Counted from the first letter of the stretch, positions 50,601 through 62,430 are shown. The stretch: DNA of 64,000 bases from Obrimoposthia wandeli (GCA_977020255.1 CDROCS010001655.1:248001-312000), one strand, 5' to 3'. Made by a program: numbers and translations. The notes: generated by a model not told the origin, from the sequence alone.

Positions 50601-52154
50601 AATTACCGATTATTACACAATAAGTATGATTTGATAATTATCTCGACCTTAGAAATTGTTGAAGATTTGTGTTCTAGACTTAACTTAGCATAAACGTACA
50701 TTAATTTGTGTTCTAGACTTAACTTAGCATAAACGTACATTAATTTTCATTTGGCAGTATTCGACAGTCGTACTTTTAAATTTGCCGCTAAAATCTCACA
50801 AAAATAAATATTATTAATGCAATTTATTCAAAGAAGTTAAAATATTAATTTTAAATGTTTTTACCATATATTTTGATCTTAATTTTATGTGTTAATTCTT
50901 TATTTGACAGTCGTACTTTTAAATTTGCCGCTAAAATCTCAAAAAAATAAATAAGTATTATTAAAACAATTTATTCAAAGAAGTTAAAATATTAATTTTG
51001 GATGTTTTATCATATATTTTGAACTTAATTTTATGTAAAAATCATTCATTTGGCAGTATTCGACAGTCGTACTTTTAAATTTGCCGTTTAAATCTCACAA
51101 AAAATAATAAGTATTATTAAAACAATTTATTTAAAGAAGTTAAAATATTAATTTTGGATGTTTTATCATATATTTTGATCTTAATTTTATGTGTTAAATC
51201 ATTAAAAATAATTGAGAAATTTTTGGAATGCATTTTAATATGATAATAATCTTTTAAAATCAAATAGTCGTATGCTTTTTTATTTATTTTTACAATAATT
51301 TATGTTACATGTTAATAATATGTTGTTTTTAATATGTTAATAATATTTAAATATAGAAATTTCATTATTATAATTAACACTTTCATTTAAATAAACAATT
51401 TAATTTTATATTAATTTATTGAAATTATTAAAATATGTGACCTATTTTCATTTATTTTTCACTTCAAAAACTAAAAATAATTGTGGACATCGGTCGAATA
51501 CTGCCTTTCATTTTAACATTATTTTAATATATGTAGATTTTATGAAACCCATAGCAACGTATCATTTAAACGATATTGTGTGTATATATGATTTTTTATA
51601 TATCTGAAAATGTTTTAGGTAACTTAGTTTTTTTAACATTGTTCCTGACAATAATTTTTGAGAATATTTTTTAGTTATAGAAAAGATTAGTGATTCCTAT
51701 TTCGATAACTTTCCTTATAAGTCTAACTTTTCAAATGTTTTCCATTAAATTCTTATAATTTTTGAAAAAGCTTTTACAATGAGAAACTGAATAATATTTA
51801 AAAATTAACTATTCGAAAATAATGGAGAATACAAATCAGTTGTGAAAATCAGTTCGAAAATGAATGACGGATCTAATTTTAATTGCAAATCAATTGCTAT
51901 ATATCATTAATTGGGACATTTTGTTACGTTACTGCAATTTTCAGGATTACGGCCGGTCGTACTGTTGAAGTTTTTCGGTTTTTGATACAACCTTTGGCGG
52001 AGTTTGAGTCACACAAATGTTTGCTCTGTACGCGTTCTTACTTTAGAAAATATATCAAAGAATAATTTATGTCCCACAGTTAAGACGGAGCTCCACTTTT
52101 AGGTGAAGGTAATTTTTCAAATAAAAAAGAAATAGTCATTATGAACAACAGTAA

Positions 52155-52216
<62 letters not shown>

Positions 52217-53392
52217 ACATTAATTAGAACAAATAAACATAGGTAATGAATGATACCTTTTTGTGTTCCATACAAGTTGTACCTAGGTATGTTTGCTCGC
52301 TAGTGACTTCTCTTAAGTAAGGTATTTGATATGATAAATTTTCCAGTGTCTGTCATTTCGCAAATGTACTCGGCATCGTATTCGCCATCCTCTTCACTGG
52401 AATCATATCCAACTGGGGCATTTTCTTGCAAATATTCACGAAATAGTTCATCGTCCTCAGAATTGTCCATTACAATTGATTTGCAACACTTTTTGAAAGC
52501 CTCACAATCTTTTTGGAAGAAATTTCTTCCCATGCCGCCAGTACCCATTGGTAAACTGGCGAAATTAAGGAGGATCATATTTTTAGCTCGGAAAGGTTTT
52601 GCTGTATGTAGATTCCTGGATTTCTATGCATATCAGACCACTGAAAACTATAGACATAGTTCTATCTATAGTTCTGTGAACCAAACTTAACAAAATGTAT
52701 TTTTTAAATACCCGCGTATAGCACGCATCCCAACTTTTGAATTTGATAAATCTATGTTTCGGTGCGTCTTTTTGTTGGTCAATACGATAGTTTACTCATG
52801 CAACGTTTAAGAACATTTAGGATTTTTATAAGCTGATATGCAGATCTAGATTGATTGTAGATTTCCTCAAAAAATAATTAGTTTTCTATCTTAAAAGAAT
52901 TTAAATTAGAACATTTTTTTATTTCATTTTAAATAAGAATATATTTGAAAAGTCGGAAATTGATATAATTACTTCAATTAAAAGTATAATAGTGCTATTA
53001 GAATCCTCAATAATAATTTGGATTTGTCAAAAATGTGTTCGTTATGTATTATTACTCGCTGCGCGTTTAATACGACTCCGCCGATAATTCGATCTTTTTG
53101 CTAAATTTTGATGCTTTTTAAAAGAAAATTCGTTGTTTTAAATTGAAACCCCTCCATTTAGTTGACCAGTGAGGAGTCAGTGCTGATCCAGCTGTTCAAG
53201 TCGCTGATCAGGAAACGCGTGGGTAGCCAATCATCATTTCCGGAGACGATGATTTCCCAGATGACTCACGTGTGCCAATGCATCTTGACTCAGACCGACA
53301 GGATCGCCAACGGGGTGGACCGCTTCCTGCAGCCGATGGGATTGGGCGACCGCACCACCAGCTCTTTCCCCACAGCCGGAGAGTACGCCTGA
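17192..53392 (+). CDS. PTK2: Focal adhesion kinase-like tyrosine kinase (FERM-kinase-FAT), 17 exons, ~880 aa
   Basis: Phase-consistent hand splicing: 17192-17272, 17317-17550, 17592-17671, 23677-23770, 25799-25939, 29122-29199, 31740-31978, 32199-32227, 33893-33984, 41010-41094, 41371-41474, 41893-42318, 42404-42543, 47722-47809, 48644-49069, 50158-50232, 53162-53392 = 2643 nt, open to TGA. FAK-like motifs: LEVALDLGCL, FKCSLG, GQFGDVYKG, VAVKMCK, HPHIVQLLGV, HRDIAARN, GFGLAIRHFL. Confidence 0.88.
20625..21310 (-). pseudogene. Decayed spliced gene antisense within FAK intron 3, family unknown
   Basis: GT-AG introns of 42 nt (21259-21300) and 37 nt (20807-20843) and a GTAAGT donor at 20624; the middle exon is open apart from a slip at a T6 run. 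Confidence 0.45.
22682..22760 (+). ncRNA. tRNA-derived (Ala-TGC-like) SINE head or tRNA pseudogene
   Basis: A-box-like TGGCTTAGTC, CTTGCAA loop, T-arm CCTAG/GGTTGAAT/CTAGG, then TTTTT; acceptor stem poor. Confidence 0.4.
23677..23770 (+). CDS. PTK2: FAK-like exon 4 (FERM F2)
   Basis: DLKSLFPPVVIDKIK|GTGAGT aligns with GLKRFFPKSLLDSVK; the acceptor position is less certain. Confidence 0.7.
25799..25939 (+). CDS. PTK2: FAK-like exon 5
   Basis: SKHLKKLIQ..FDQDEFKCSLG|GTAAGT. Confidence 0.85.
26200..26960 (-). mobile_element. pogo/Tigger transposase remnant
   Basis: Fragments TSKIQQCDAG, AWLELNPTTFKRCWAH and an acidic tail; many stops. Confidence 0.55.
29122..29199 (+). CDS. PTK2: FAK-like exon 6
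   Basis: AGEGLPVTVLVGPKIDICLSMGPENK, flanked by CAG and GTGAG. Confidence 0.75.
31740..32227 (+). CDS. PTK2: FAK-like exons 7 (31740-31978, FERM F3) and 8 (32199-32227)
   Basis: LVLTFIDVEVADNFVHLLDAYTGHCKLV; 29-nt exon HSKSPPDAI with matching phases. Confidence 0.8.
33176..33215 (+). mobile_element. hAT-type MITE terminus (similar termini at 38459 and, inverted, ending 49927)
   Basis: CAGCGGTTTCCAAAGTG, CAGGGCTTCCCAAAGTGGG and AGTTTGAGAAGCACTG resemble hAT CAG(T/G)G.TT.CCAAA termini. Confidence 0.4.
33893..33984 (+). CDS. PTK2: FAK-like exon 9 (kinase G-loop)
   Basis: EIDKSRVKREKILDNGQFGDVYKG. Confidence 0.9.
34040..34720 (+). mobile_element. MULE (Mutator-like) transposase remnant
   Basis: HFTQCFFRKVQKVGL, LGALALVP, MWNHH..RTTNHLEGYHNRL; frameshifted. 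Confidence 0.8.
35690..36815 (+). repeat. ~125-bp direct repeat pair (35690-35820 and 36695-36815) flanking a Tc1 fragment (SPDLNSLENL at ~35915)
   Basis: AGGAATT..TAATTCAC.TAAAA..TTATCAAC.TCGGTG.TAATT shared by both copies. Confidence 0.55.
37245..37530 (+). repeat. Local duplication, ~200-bp period
   Basis: AATATCCAACT..ACCGT.GTACTTA and AAAATTGACCTACATTCCA.CAAAATCT each occur twice. Confidence 0.55.
38881..39345 (-). mobile_element. IS630-Tc1-mariner (maT/DD37D-like) transposon 3' remnant with terminus
   Basis: WQQDGATAHTA..WPSKSPDLNVMDYAIWG; TA|CAGGGTG terminus at 38881. Confidence 0.85.
41010..42543 (+). CDS. PTK2: FAK-like exons 10-13 (kinase core)
   Basis: VAVKMCK..FLAEA|EVMRLLEHPHIVQLLGV..IVMEFC|..HRDIAARN..DFG..KLPVRW..SDVWAFGV..KPY|..CWAADPLRRP. 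Confidence 0.93.
43400..44300 (-). mobile_element. Tc1-like transposase remnant
   Basis: RQQGVGGIMFW..IGPFRV..KMNS; WPTNS[P]DLNC..NYWG after a frameshift. Confidence 0.75.
45803..46110. repeat. Minisatellite of ~36-bp units (two ~18-bp ATTAT.AGAGG halves), probably a MITE subterminal array
   Basis: Repeats of ACAATTATTAGAGGGTAGGCGATTATAAGAGGCTGG. Confidence 0.8.
47722..50232 (+). CDS. PTK2: FAK-like exons 14-16 (47722-47809, 48644-49069, 50158-50232): Pro motif, Asn/Gln-rich linker, FAT helices 1-2
   Basis: KPPIK|PSF; GFGLAIRHFLQELDRELPPHPVEHE aligns with FAT EVGLALRTLLATVDETIP; canonical splice sites. Confidence 0.78.
50667..51200 (+). repeat. Tandem duplications: 39 bp x2, then ~150 bp x3
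   Basis: ATTTGTGTTCTAGACTTAACTTAGCATAAACGTACATTA x2; GACAGTCGTACTTTTAAATTTGCCG..GATCTTAATTTTATGTG x3. Confidence 0.9.
52159..52212. repeat. (TA)27 microsatellite
   Basis: Direct read. Confidence 0.95.
52300..52730 (-). mobile_element. pogo/Tc2-like transposon 3' remnant
   Basis: AFKKCCKSIVMDNSEDDELF resembles the pogo C-terminal SFKKC.IS..LDG.EDD; TACCCGCGTATA terminus-like sequence at ~52709. Confidence 0.55.
53162..53392 (+). CDS. PTK2: FAK-like last exon (FAT helices 3-4 and stop)
   Basis: TTTAG acceptor, GC-rich helical ORF ending TGA. Confidence 0.78.
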   Translation: MTSEESVLIQLFKSLIRKRVGSQSSFPETMISQMTHVCQCILTQTDRIANGVDRFLQPMGLGDRTTSSFPTAGEYA

Positions 53393-55054
53393 CCCCTCCG
53401 TGACCCCCTCTCTGACCCCTCTGTCATCACACACGCACCGCCTTGCGAGTCTTCCACAATATATATGTGCTTATTTTGTCAAGAGCTTCCCCCAGCACCT
53501 TTCTATCTAGAGGGAACCTTCCTATACTAAAATCATATCGGATTTACAAAAATAGCAGGTGATATCTACAGTATAAGCTGATATTAATGTAAATTAAAAA
53601 CATTCACTAAACAGCTAATCAACACAAACAGAAAATCTGAAGCAATTTTATTCTTTATACTTAGTTTTTCAAATCTTTAGCGATATAAGAAACAATTCTA
53701 AATACAGGTTTAAATTTAATATGCAGCATGGTTATATATAACTGTTATAACTTCAATTCTCAGTAAAATCTGTTCTAGGCATATTTTGAAAAAAACAAAA
53801 TTGAAATCTTTTACATCACCCAGATATTCAAATTCGACTTATTTGTAAGATTTGGATACTATTATTCGTATGACTCAGATATAGAAATGGTAGATTAAAA
53901 GAAAATAGTTTTTTATCAGTTTTAAAATATATTTTGCAAAAATCAATGGTCAAGCTCTCGATAAATGTGTTTATTCGGTTTAACCTTATTTTCTTATTAT
54001 ATAACAGATTTTGTATTACATGCAAAATATAGGAAAATAAAATTATAACTATAAATGTTTACATTACTTATAAATATAAGTAGGAAATTATCCATTAGAC
54101 ATATTTGAAAATGAGATATTTTTATATATCAACTCTAATTCGAAATGGCTTCTTTTCCTTAAAAGGTTTGTCGAAAAATCATAATTTTTTTTACGGTAAT
54201 AAATGTGATTAAATTATGTACTACAATATTTCCTGAATGAATAATTTAATAAAAATTACAATCCCTGATTGCCTCAAAAGCTTTGTTAAAATTATTACAT
54301 CAATTATCTAAAAAATATTGTCATTAATAAATTACAATTTACGTTTTACTGAAAACTGATTTTATCAATATGTAATTTTATTCATTTCATTTTCTGATTT
54401 TTTTATGCAAATACGCAATGTAGCTTCAATAAATGAGGAGCCGCCGGATAAATCTGCTAAACAGTATATTTCTTTATTTATATATTTTATAAACCGCGCA
54501 TGTAAAGTACTATTTTACTTAATTTACCTGTAATTATTTGAATTAATTTCAATTTAATACTTACTAATTTTCATTTGATTATTTATATACTCCCTCGTTG
54601 ACATATATGCATTGAATAAACAAAATGTTCGCTTCATATACGACTATGGACTCAATTATTAACTATACTTGATATTTTCTACCTCAAATAAATGTATCAA
54701 TAAAAATATATACAGGTAGCAAAAAAATTATTGCAAATAGTATTATTCAATTGAAAATTTAAAATGTTTCAATGTTTATATATAGAATTAATATTATTTT
54801 ACTCTCTAATGTAATAAATAATGATAGGAGTACAAAATAAACTCAAAATCATATAATTTAATATAATATGTTATATATGAAAGTAATTTATATATTAAAA
54901 ATCTACATGGCATAAAAATTATGTATTTATGTAAGCCAAAATATTTGAAAAACCAAAGTAATAAATACATTTATATATAAATTTGCAAGCTTTAGTAGCT
55001 TTTATTATTACCTTTATTTATTAAACACTTAACAAGTCTTTTAGGAAAGGATCC

Positions 55055-55500
55055 TTATAGGGATTTAATGAATGTCAGATGGATGCTGTCCCAAGCTTTT
55101 ATTATTTCTTTTTTCAAAGTATCTTTATCGTAGTATTGCTTGCCATGCTCATATACTTTGTTTGACATCATAGCCCATACATTTTCTATTATGTTTAGAT
55201 CTGGACTCTGAGGAGGGCATTTTAGAGAATCTATGTTTTCTTCTTGAAGCCATTTGTTAGTAATTGTAATCACTATGTACTGGAGAATTATCCTTTTAGA
55301 AAACCGAATTATTTGATAGCATTGTTATTAGCAATGTTTCTAATATATATTTATATTCAAGACTCTTTAATGTTCCATTTTTTCATCGCTTTTTCCATTA
55401 TATCCTATGACACCCAAACCATAACTACACCTCCCAGAAAAATAGCTATTGTTAATTTTTCTTCTTTCGACAAATGCTTTGATAAACCCATCTTAATATG
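55055..55500 (-). mobile_element. Tc1/Tc3-like (DD34E) transposase remnant
   Basis: WLQEENIDSLKCPPQSPDLNIIENVWAMM..KAWDSI; upstream GGVVMVW. Confidence 0.85.
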
Positions 55501-56169
55501 TTTGTTAAATATATAGTTAAGGTAAATGTATAAAAACTTACGTTTTTTAGACTTAAAAGTTTTTTTTACAAGATTTTGCAATTTTTATTTTGCTACTTTA
55601 TATGCAATATATTATACTCGATATATATATTCAAATTAATTTGTAATGTATTATAAGTAATAATGTATTAAATTTAGAAGTTTAAGTGTAATTTCATAAG
55701 TTTATTAAGTGTCAGTTATATTTTAAAGTAAAATTATAAAATGTTACTGTTATAATTTGAAAAGTATTTAATTTTATAATATTTTATCATTTTTTAATCA
55801 TTTTTGCTATTATTTTTTGCAGAGTGTACATATAGGGTCGTGAATTTGATTTCAAGCTTGTGGTCAAAAATATTGAAATGTTTTTTCCCTCTAAATATCT
55901 TCCACTTTAAGTACACACCGTCAACGAAATCTTAACAAAATACTACGATTTTTTGAATAAATTAATTACAAATATTTTCTACTTCATGATACACACACAG
56001 ACGTAGACAAAATCTTAGGAATATACTAATAATTTTAAAAAAAATTGAATAACAAGTTGTCATTGGACGATGAAATATGGTTAGTCTGATGTTTGTGTAA
56101 ATAAAGAGACCTATTTTCATTATTTTTCCCAAATCACATATACCATTTTACAACAATGCTGATCTAGAC

Positions 56170-57850
56170 AAAGATATGGAGGTGGAACTGTATAGAGAAT
56201 TCTATCCAGTACAGCATCGAATGCCACCCCATCGTAGTACATTGACTTACTTAGTCAAGACTTGACGGTGGTGAGCCAAAGAGTAGAAGAACCAGTACCA
56301 CCAAGAGAAAAGGTAACAGGAAGAGGAAAAGCAACACGAAGAGGAAAGCAACAGGAAGAGGAAAAGCACCAACAAGAGGAGTATCATGGTAGAGTTTGAC
56401 GAGTCTCCGAACCACGACTCGATCATTGCTGAGTTGGAAGAAGATGAGCAGCTTCTCTTCACGGATGAATGGGACAGTCTTACACCTACTGCTACTCCGA
56501 CTCTTACTCTGACTTATACTTCTGACGATGCAGTGCTGCTACCTAAAGTATTCAGAAGGCAACAAACTCCTGTGAGACGAGTGAGGAGAATAAAGGCGAC
56601 GAATGAGGTTAGATTAGTTATTTAATTCATATGGTTTTAATTTTTTTTCAAAAACGTCATCTGGATATGGCACAATTGGTGAATTCAGTGGAGAGCCTGT
56701 TGAAACCGCAGATCATCGCCAGCCAATGCTTTTAGAAGTTGCCAATGACTCAGCTACGATATCTGGCATTCTTCGATAATATTCAAGTAAATATTTAATA
56801 TGAGAAAATATAATTAATTATTACTTATTTATGTAGGAAACTCATCAGGTGGAGCAAGTTGAGGAGAATATGCTGGAAGAGGTTGCTCATATATTACTGG
56901 TGGACCGGAAACAAACAGTGGTGCGGAAGTACAAGTTAACGACATAAACTGTCCGGAATAAGAAGGCAAAGTTGGTGAAACATGCAAACCTATATGTTAG
57001 AGAGGTAAATTTTTAATTTATTAATGTTTTTAATGCAGGAACCTTATCAGGTGCAGCTATTTGAGGAGTTGCTGGGAGAGGCTACTTCCATCACACCAAG
57101 AATCAAACAGCGGACGGTGGTGCACAAGAAGAAGAGGGTGAGAAAGATGACCACCAGTCTGTTAGCATCTACCGAGGTGTTGATTGGACAACAAGATAAT
57201 CTACCATGTGCCGATCTTTTACGAGAGGATTCCCGTCGCTCCGATCGAGATTACTCCTCTTCCTAACCAGTGCCGACTGCAGGGGACCTTTCTGGTGATT
57301 CTACTCCGACGCCATCCGTTATTCAGCAGCTATCCAGCCTAAGTCAGAACTTGGCGAGAGTTTTGGAGACTGCATCTCCTCTTCCAGTGGCATCAACAAG
57401 TCAGAATTTGAAGAGGGCTTGGCTTGATGCTGCGTTAGACGAGTTCATGACAGAACTGAAGACTCTGCAACAACTGGCCATGTATCCTGTTTTCAACTGG
57501 CAACATGAAACAGTGGCACGACAGCTGGATCGCGAGAAATAGAAGAAAAAGAAGAGAGCACAAAGGAAGAAGAAGGCACCAATACCGTCAAATTCATCGC
57601 CCAGGGCATCTACTTCGGCTGCAGTGCCTCCCCAAAGGTTGCAGCCAAGCCTGCCAAAGCCGCTTGGGACGGCAATTGCTGCACAACAACCAGGAGTTGT
57701 GTAGCCGAAGAAGAAGACGGGTCAACCTAAGAAGAAAAAGCCAGTACCAATTGAACCTCTACTACTAAGTCGGAGAGACATCGATGAGGATGATCCCGAT
57801 GATGACTTTGCAAAGTGTTTCAATATAAATATAATTTTTAAAAAGTAATA
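56170..57850 (+). pseudogene. Decayed multi-intron gene for a disordered, acidic/basic, probably nuclear protein
   Basis: Introns 56787-56836 (50 nt) and 57005-57038 (34 nt); TGRGKA repeats, acidic DSIIAELEEDEQLLFTDEW, PKKK motifs; several stops and frameshifts. Confidence 0.55.
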
Positions 57851-59352
57851 TGTTGTCTTCTTTTTTTAAATTTTATATTAGAATGTTAAAAAGATATTAT
57901 AGAATGATTTCTTTTGAATTCAAAAATATTTTTTAAACCAATATATTTAACTAAATTTTAATAACTTTGAAAAATAATATACAGTATATAATAAAATATA
58001 AAAATAAAATATATCTTTCTAAAAAATATGTAAATGTTTTTTTCCTATTATCTTTAAATTTTACTTATTTAATTATAATAAATATATAAAATTTTGTTAA
58101 AATACTTTGTAACTTTAAGGTTTTTTTAATATAATTTTAGTAAAATGATTACTTATTGATAACTTCTAGTATACTATAGATATATAAAATTAATTGTTAA
58201 ATAAATTATTTCCTTTTATAAAATGTAATTGGATTAAAATTATTTTGAAATTTATATAAATTGGTTCAACTTTATTTATCATTTCATTATTAAAAAATGA
58301 AATTCTCTAAAATGAAGAAGCTCTTGACACGGATAGAGAAAAATATCAAAAAGAATGCTAAGAAAAAGAGACCTACAAAAGAAGATTTTGAATCAGAATT
58401 TGTATGCTGCTGCAACAAAGTGAATTGAAAGGGTGGAGATACAAGACATTATGTAATTTACTTTTAGAATACTTAGGTAGGTCCTATAATTTATTTTAAT
58501 ATTCATAGGTGCATTGTAAATATATAGCAACATTAATGAAAATTATGAATACGTTAAATTATTTTTCTATTTTAATAAAATTTGATTACTTGTCTTTTTC
58601 TTTTAAATTATTATAAACCAAGTCATTTACGTTAAATTTAGGTTAATTATGCATGAATGTTTTATTGATTTTGATTCTATAAATTAATAAAGATGTATGC
58701 GATGTTTTTCGTCCTTTACAATTTGTATTTCATATAGATATGCCGTTTAAGTCTTTAGATCATAAGAATAAATTTACTAATTTATATCTCACTAAATATT
58801 TTCATTTATTAAAATGGAATAAAGAAAATAAAAGTTTTTGTGAAATTTGTATTTTTTATAAAATTAAATTTAAATTTGATATTGAAATGGTATTTTATAA
58901 ATGAATGCCAAAAAATATAAGATATGAAAAATAGATTCTTTAAAATTAATATTAAACAATTTTAATATTTCACATGATTATTTATTAAAAATTCGAATAA
59001 ATATTTGCTGTCCATGTCGTGATCATGGTGAACATTGCGCATATAAGAAGTGTATAATTCTATCTTACTATTACCTGACATGCAAATAAACAATCCTTCT
59101 TATTAAAGAAATTAAAGAAATATAAATGAATAATTTCGACCAATAAGATAAGTGATATCTGTGGCATACATTTTAGTTTATAAGCTCCCACTTTTTTCAT
59201 TTAAATTCCCGATTTTTGAAATTATGAATATGCTAGTAATCTTATTTTTTAAAAATGTTATTAATTTTTAGATTTTTTAGATTACTTGCAACTTGTTCTC
59301 AGTGTAATGTGTTGATTCTGCTCCACATGGAGGAGAAACCTGACACACTACA

Positions 59353-59915
59353 ATGTTCGCTTACTATAATACAATGTATTATGGCTAGGTATATTACGTT
59401 TGCCCGTTCAACAGAACGATGAAGGACAATGAGTATCCGGTTTTCTTCACTGAACATCGAGCGCACTTGTTCAGCTTCACGGTCAACAGGAAGAAAAGCA
59501 TCATTCTATTGATGCACAATTCTTCGAATGGTCCAGCCCCAGTTCCAACAAAAGTTATATTCCAGCCTATGTATGGTCCTGAAATCGCTATGTCCGTTGT
59601 CTCTCTGGTTTCTGCAGCCGAGTCATTAACTCAATTTATAAACAATGGGTGGAGGAATGTAATCAATTAAACTGATTTTGAGGAGGAGGCGAACACTGTA
59701 CCAGCAACTCAACTGTCAAACAACGATTGAATGGATCAAATCACCTAGTCGGATTTCAAGTTGGAGTAGCCTCCATCTCAGTGGAACGACAATAGCTGGT
59801 TAGATGGAATTGACGAACCTGAGTTCCAGTTTATTTATGATCGTTGGATGGATGCTGTCGATTAAGAAGACTTTCTTTCCTAACAAACTGCAGATGGATC
59901 GGCTTCAGGTTTCAG
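59353..59915 (+). pseudogene. Decayed ORF with an acidic-aromatic C-terminal half, unknown family
   Basis: A single frame from ATG 59353 with several point stops; ends at a CAG|GTAATT donor, with an acceptor at 60000. Confidence 0.45.
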
Positions 59916-60023
59916 GTAATTCAGAGGTAATTCTTGTTATGATTTTAAAAAATTAAATTAAATAGGTCAAATAAATTATTTAATACTTTTTTTAATCAGG
60001 AACATTTTCTGAAATACCAATAA

Positions 60024-62430
60024 CTATTTGATTGAGGTCGATTTAACAATCCATCCTATGTACACGATAAATTAGATCATCTTCCAGTGACATCTGTTCA
60101 TCTAATTCAAATGTTAAGAAATTATTTTTAACTCATGAAGACAAGTTGAATTATGTGATACATTGACGGCTTCTTCGATTGTACTTAAAGTTGAGAGTGA
60201 AAGTCACTCAAATTCATCGGGTTAAAAGCTTTAGTCAAAACTTTGTGGTTAAAGACTATATTGAGAAGAATCCTAGAAAACGTAATTTGGCCCCTAGCAA
60301 ATTCGATCGGGATTTTCACAAGTTAAAGAGTAATAATCTCTTTGGTAAAACTGTCGAGGACTTGTGGAAACGTATTTGTCTACGATTTTGCAATGCTGAG
60401 CATAAACAAATAACATATTGTAGCAAGTACAACTTCAAGCATAGTTTTACAATTGTAGATGACTTAGTAGCCGTGTTATTGAGAAACAGATTATTTGTCC
60501 TGATTAACCGAGTTATATAGATCAAACGGTTTAAGACAATTCAAAACTTAGAATGTATGAGCTCCAATATATTGAATTAGAGAAATATCACAATGAATTC
60601 AAATGAGATCAAAATCGCAGCAGTGGATCATGACTCTTTCATTTTAGAATGTAGGAATGTTAGTTTGTAAATAGATTATTACCGGTAATGTTTAGTTATA
60701 ATTTACTTGATACCCATAAATATTCTATTAATCATCCTCTACACTCTATGTCTTTAAAGGACATTAACATAGCATTTAAGGATGAAAGCGAAAGCCAGGT
60801 TTCGTATGATGATTGTATTTTCGTATGCCCTAAATGATACAGTTTACATGCATCTAATAATACATGTTCAATGACAGCAAAGGTTGTGGGAAGAAACAAT
60901 CTTACACATGAGGCCTACCTGAAAGTTTATGATACTGAGTGTATTGAAAGCGTTGAGCAAACTAGCTTTATTTCAAGAGCCCATCAACAGTATTCCCACA
61001 AATCAACTAAAATAGCTTTAAGTAGTAATGACGACAAGGGCTTTCTGGCTTATGGACACTTCCGAATTGCAACCGTTTTCTTAATTTGATTTATTTTCAT
61101 TAGATCTTTTAATATTTTAGATCTCTATGCTACCTTTATTCTAACTTTTTGTTTATTAGATGCTTTTATAGGTTTAGCCTTATTTTTATCATTGCTGGCA
61201 GGTCTCTTTATTTGTGATATTTCACTGAATAAATGTATATTGAAAAATGTTTTGTCTTTTATTATTATTCATATGTTGCAGGGTTTTAAAAATAATTCAA
61301 AATAAAACATGTTTTAATTTTTTTATTATAATAACACATGTATTGTATCTTGTTGTAAAATACTCTTCTTCATCCTTTTTGAACAATTGAAACACGCTTG
61401 TGTGGATAATATATTGCAAGTGGATCAAATACATATCTTGTTCAATCTTTAACATAAATATCTATCCAATGTTCTCCCGGTATATTCGAAGTATGAGTAT
61501 TGAAATGTAACATCCTGGTGGAAAAACGGAATCATATCAATAAGGTAAACCCTATTGAATTTAACACCCAACACCTTCTCTGCTGATTCCTGTACTTGCA
61601 CTGAACTAAATTAAATTTATTAAATATTTATTACTTGAAAAAACTTACTCCATGTTTTTTCTTTTACAATACAACAGTTCTGTTTTTGTTGATTTGTATT
61701 TCCGAATCAAACACTCCGTAAATAAGCACTGTAGTATGATTTGTTAAAGTTGCATTGAATTTAATTTCTAGCCATTAATTTCTATTTTTTGGTAATTGGC
61801 ATTGGTCTTTGTCAAAGTCTGGCACCAAAAAAAATTTAAAGAATGGACGGTGGTTTTAAACTCCACTACCTTCTTGGCTTTTACTTGATTTGCCTTTATT
61901 AATTAAATTTCCAACGTCAGGTAAAACATTATCAAGTTCATTAAATGTATGCTCCTTAAAATTTGGTATTACTTTATAATCCTTAGATGAAAGGTAGTCC
62001 TTTCCTGGTTTTGATAAAAATCGATCGAGTTTTTGCATAAGAGGAAAGGCAAATCTACCTAATGTTTTAAGCCAGCCGTATCCATATTGTTTACCGACAA
62101 AATATGGGAATTATCCTCCTTGTTGGCTTTGACTATAAGCTTCCATTATTGCTTGATTCGCCATTTCGTTTTCTTAAATGTATTGTTAAACTTGTCTTGG
62201 CTCCGTATCTGAAATCTATTAATTGTCCAGATTCATCTCTAATATTTATTTTAATATTGTTTATAGATAAGCTAGCAACTGGAAGATACATTGGTTGATC
62301 TATACGAATACCGATAACTTCGCCAATTTTAGTTTGACCTTGAGATATCCGTATTGTTCTCAAACGTGGTACTCGCAAGCGTTGGCTCTATTAAACTAGT
62401 ATAAATATATAACATGTTAATATTATTTAA
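60024..62430. mobile_element. Second, diverged and internally deleted copy of the same Polinton family
   Basis: Collinear with 1465-5060: polB 3' half (60024-61087), protease (61340-61653), MCP 3' end (61660-61860), core protein (61860-62165), penton 3' end (62133-62430). About 95% and 88% identity in two hand-counted segments. Confidence 0.93.
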
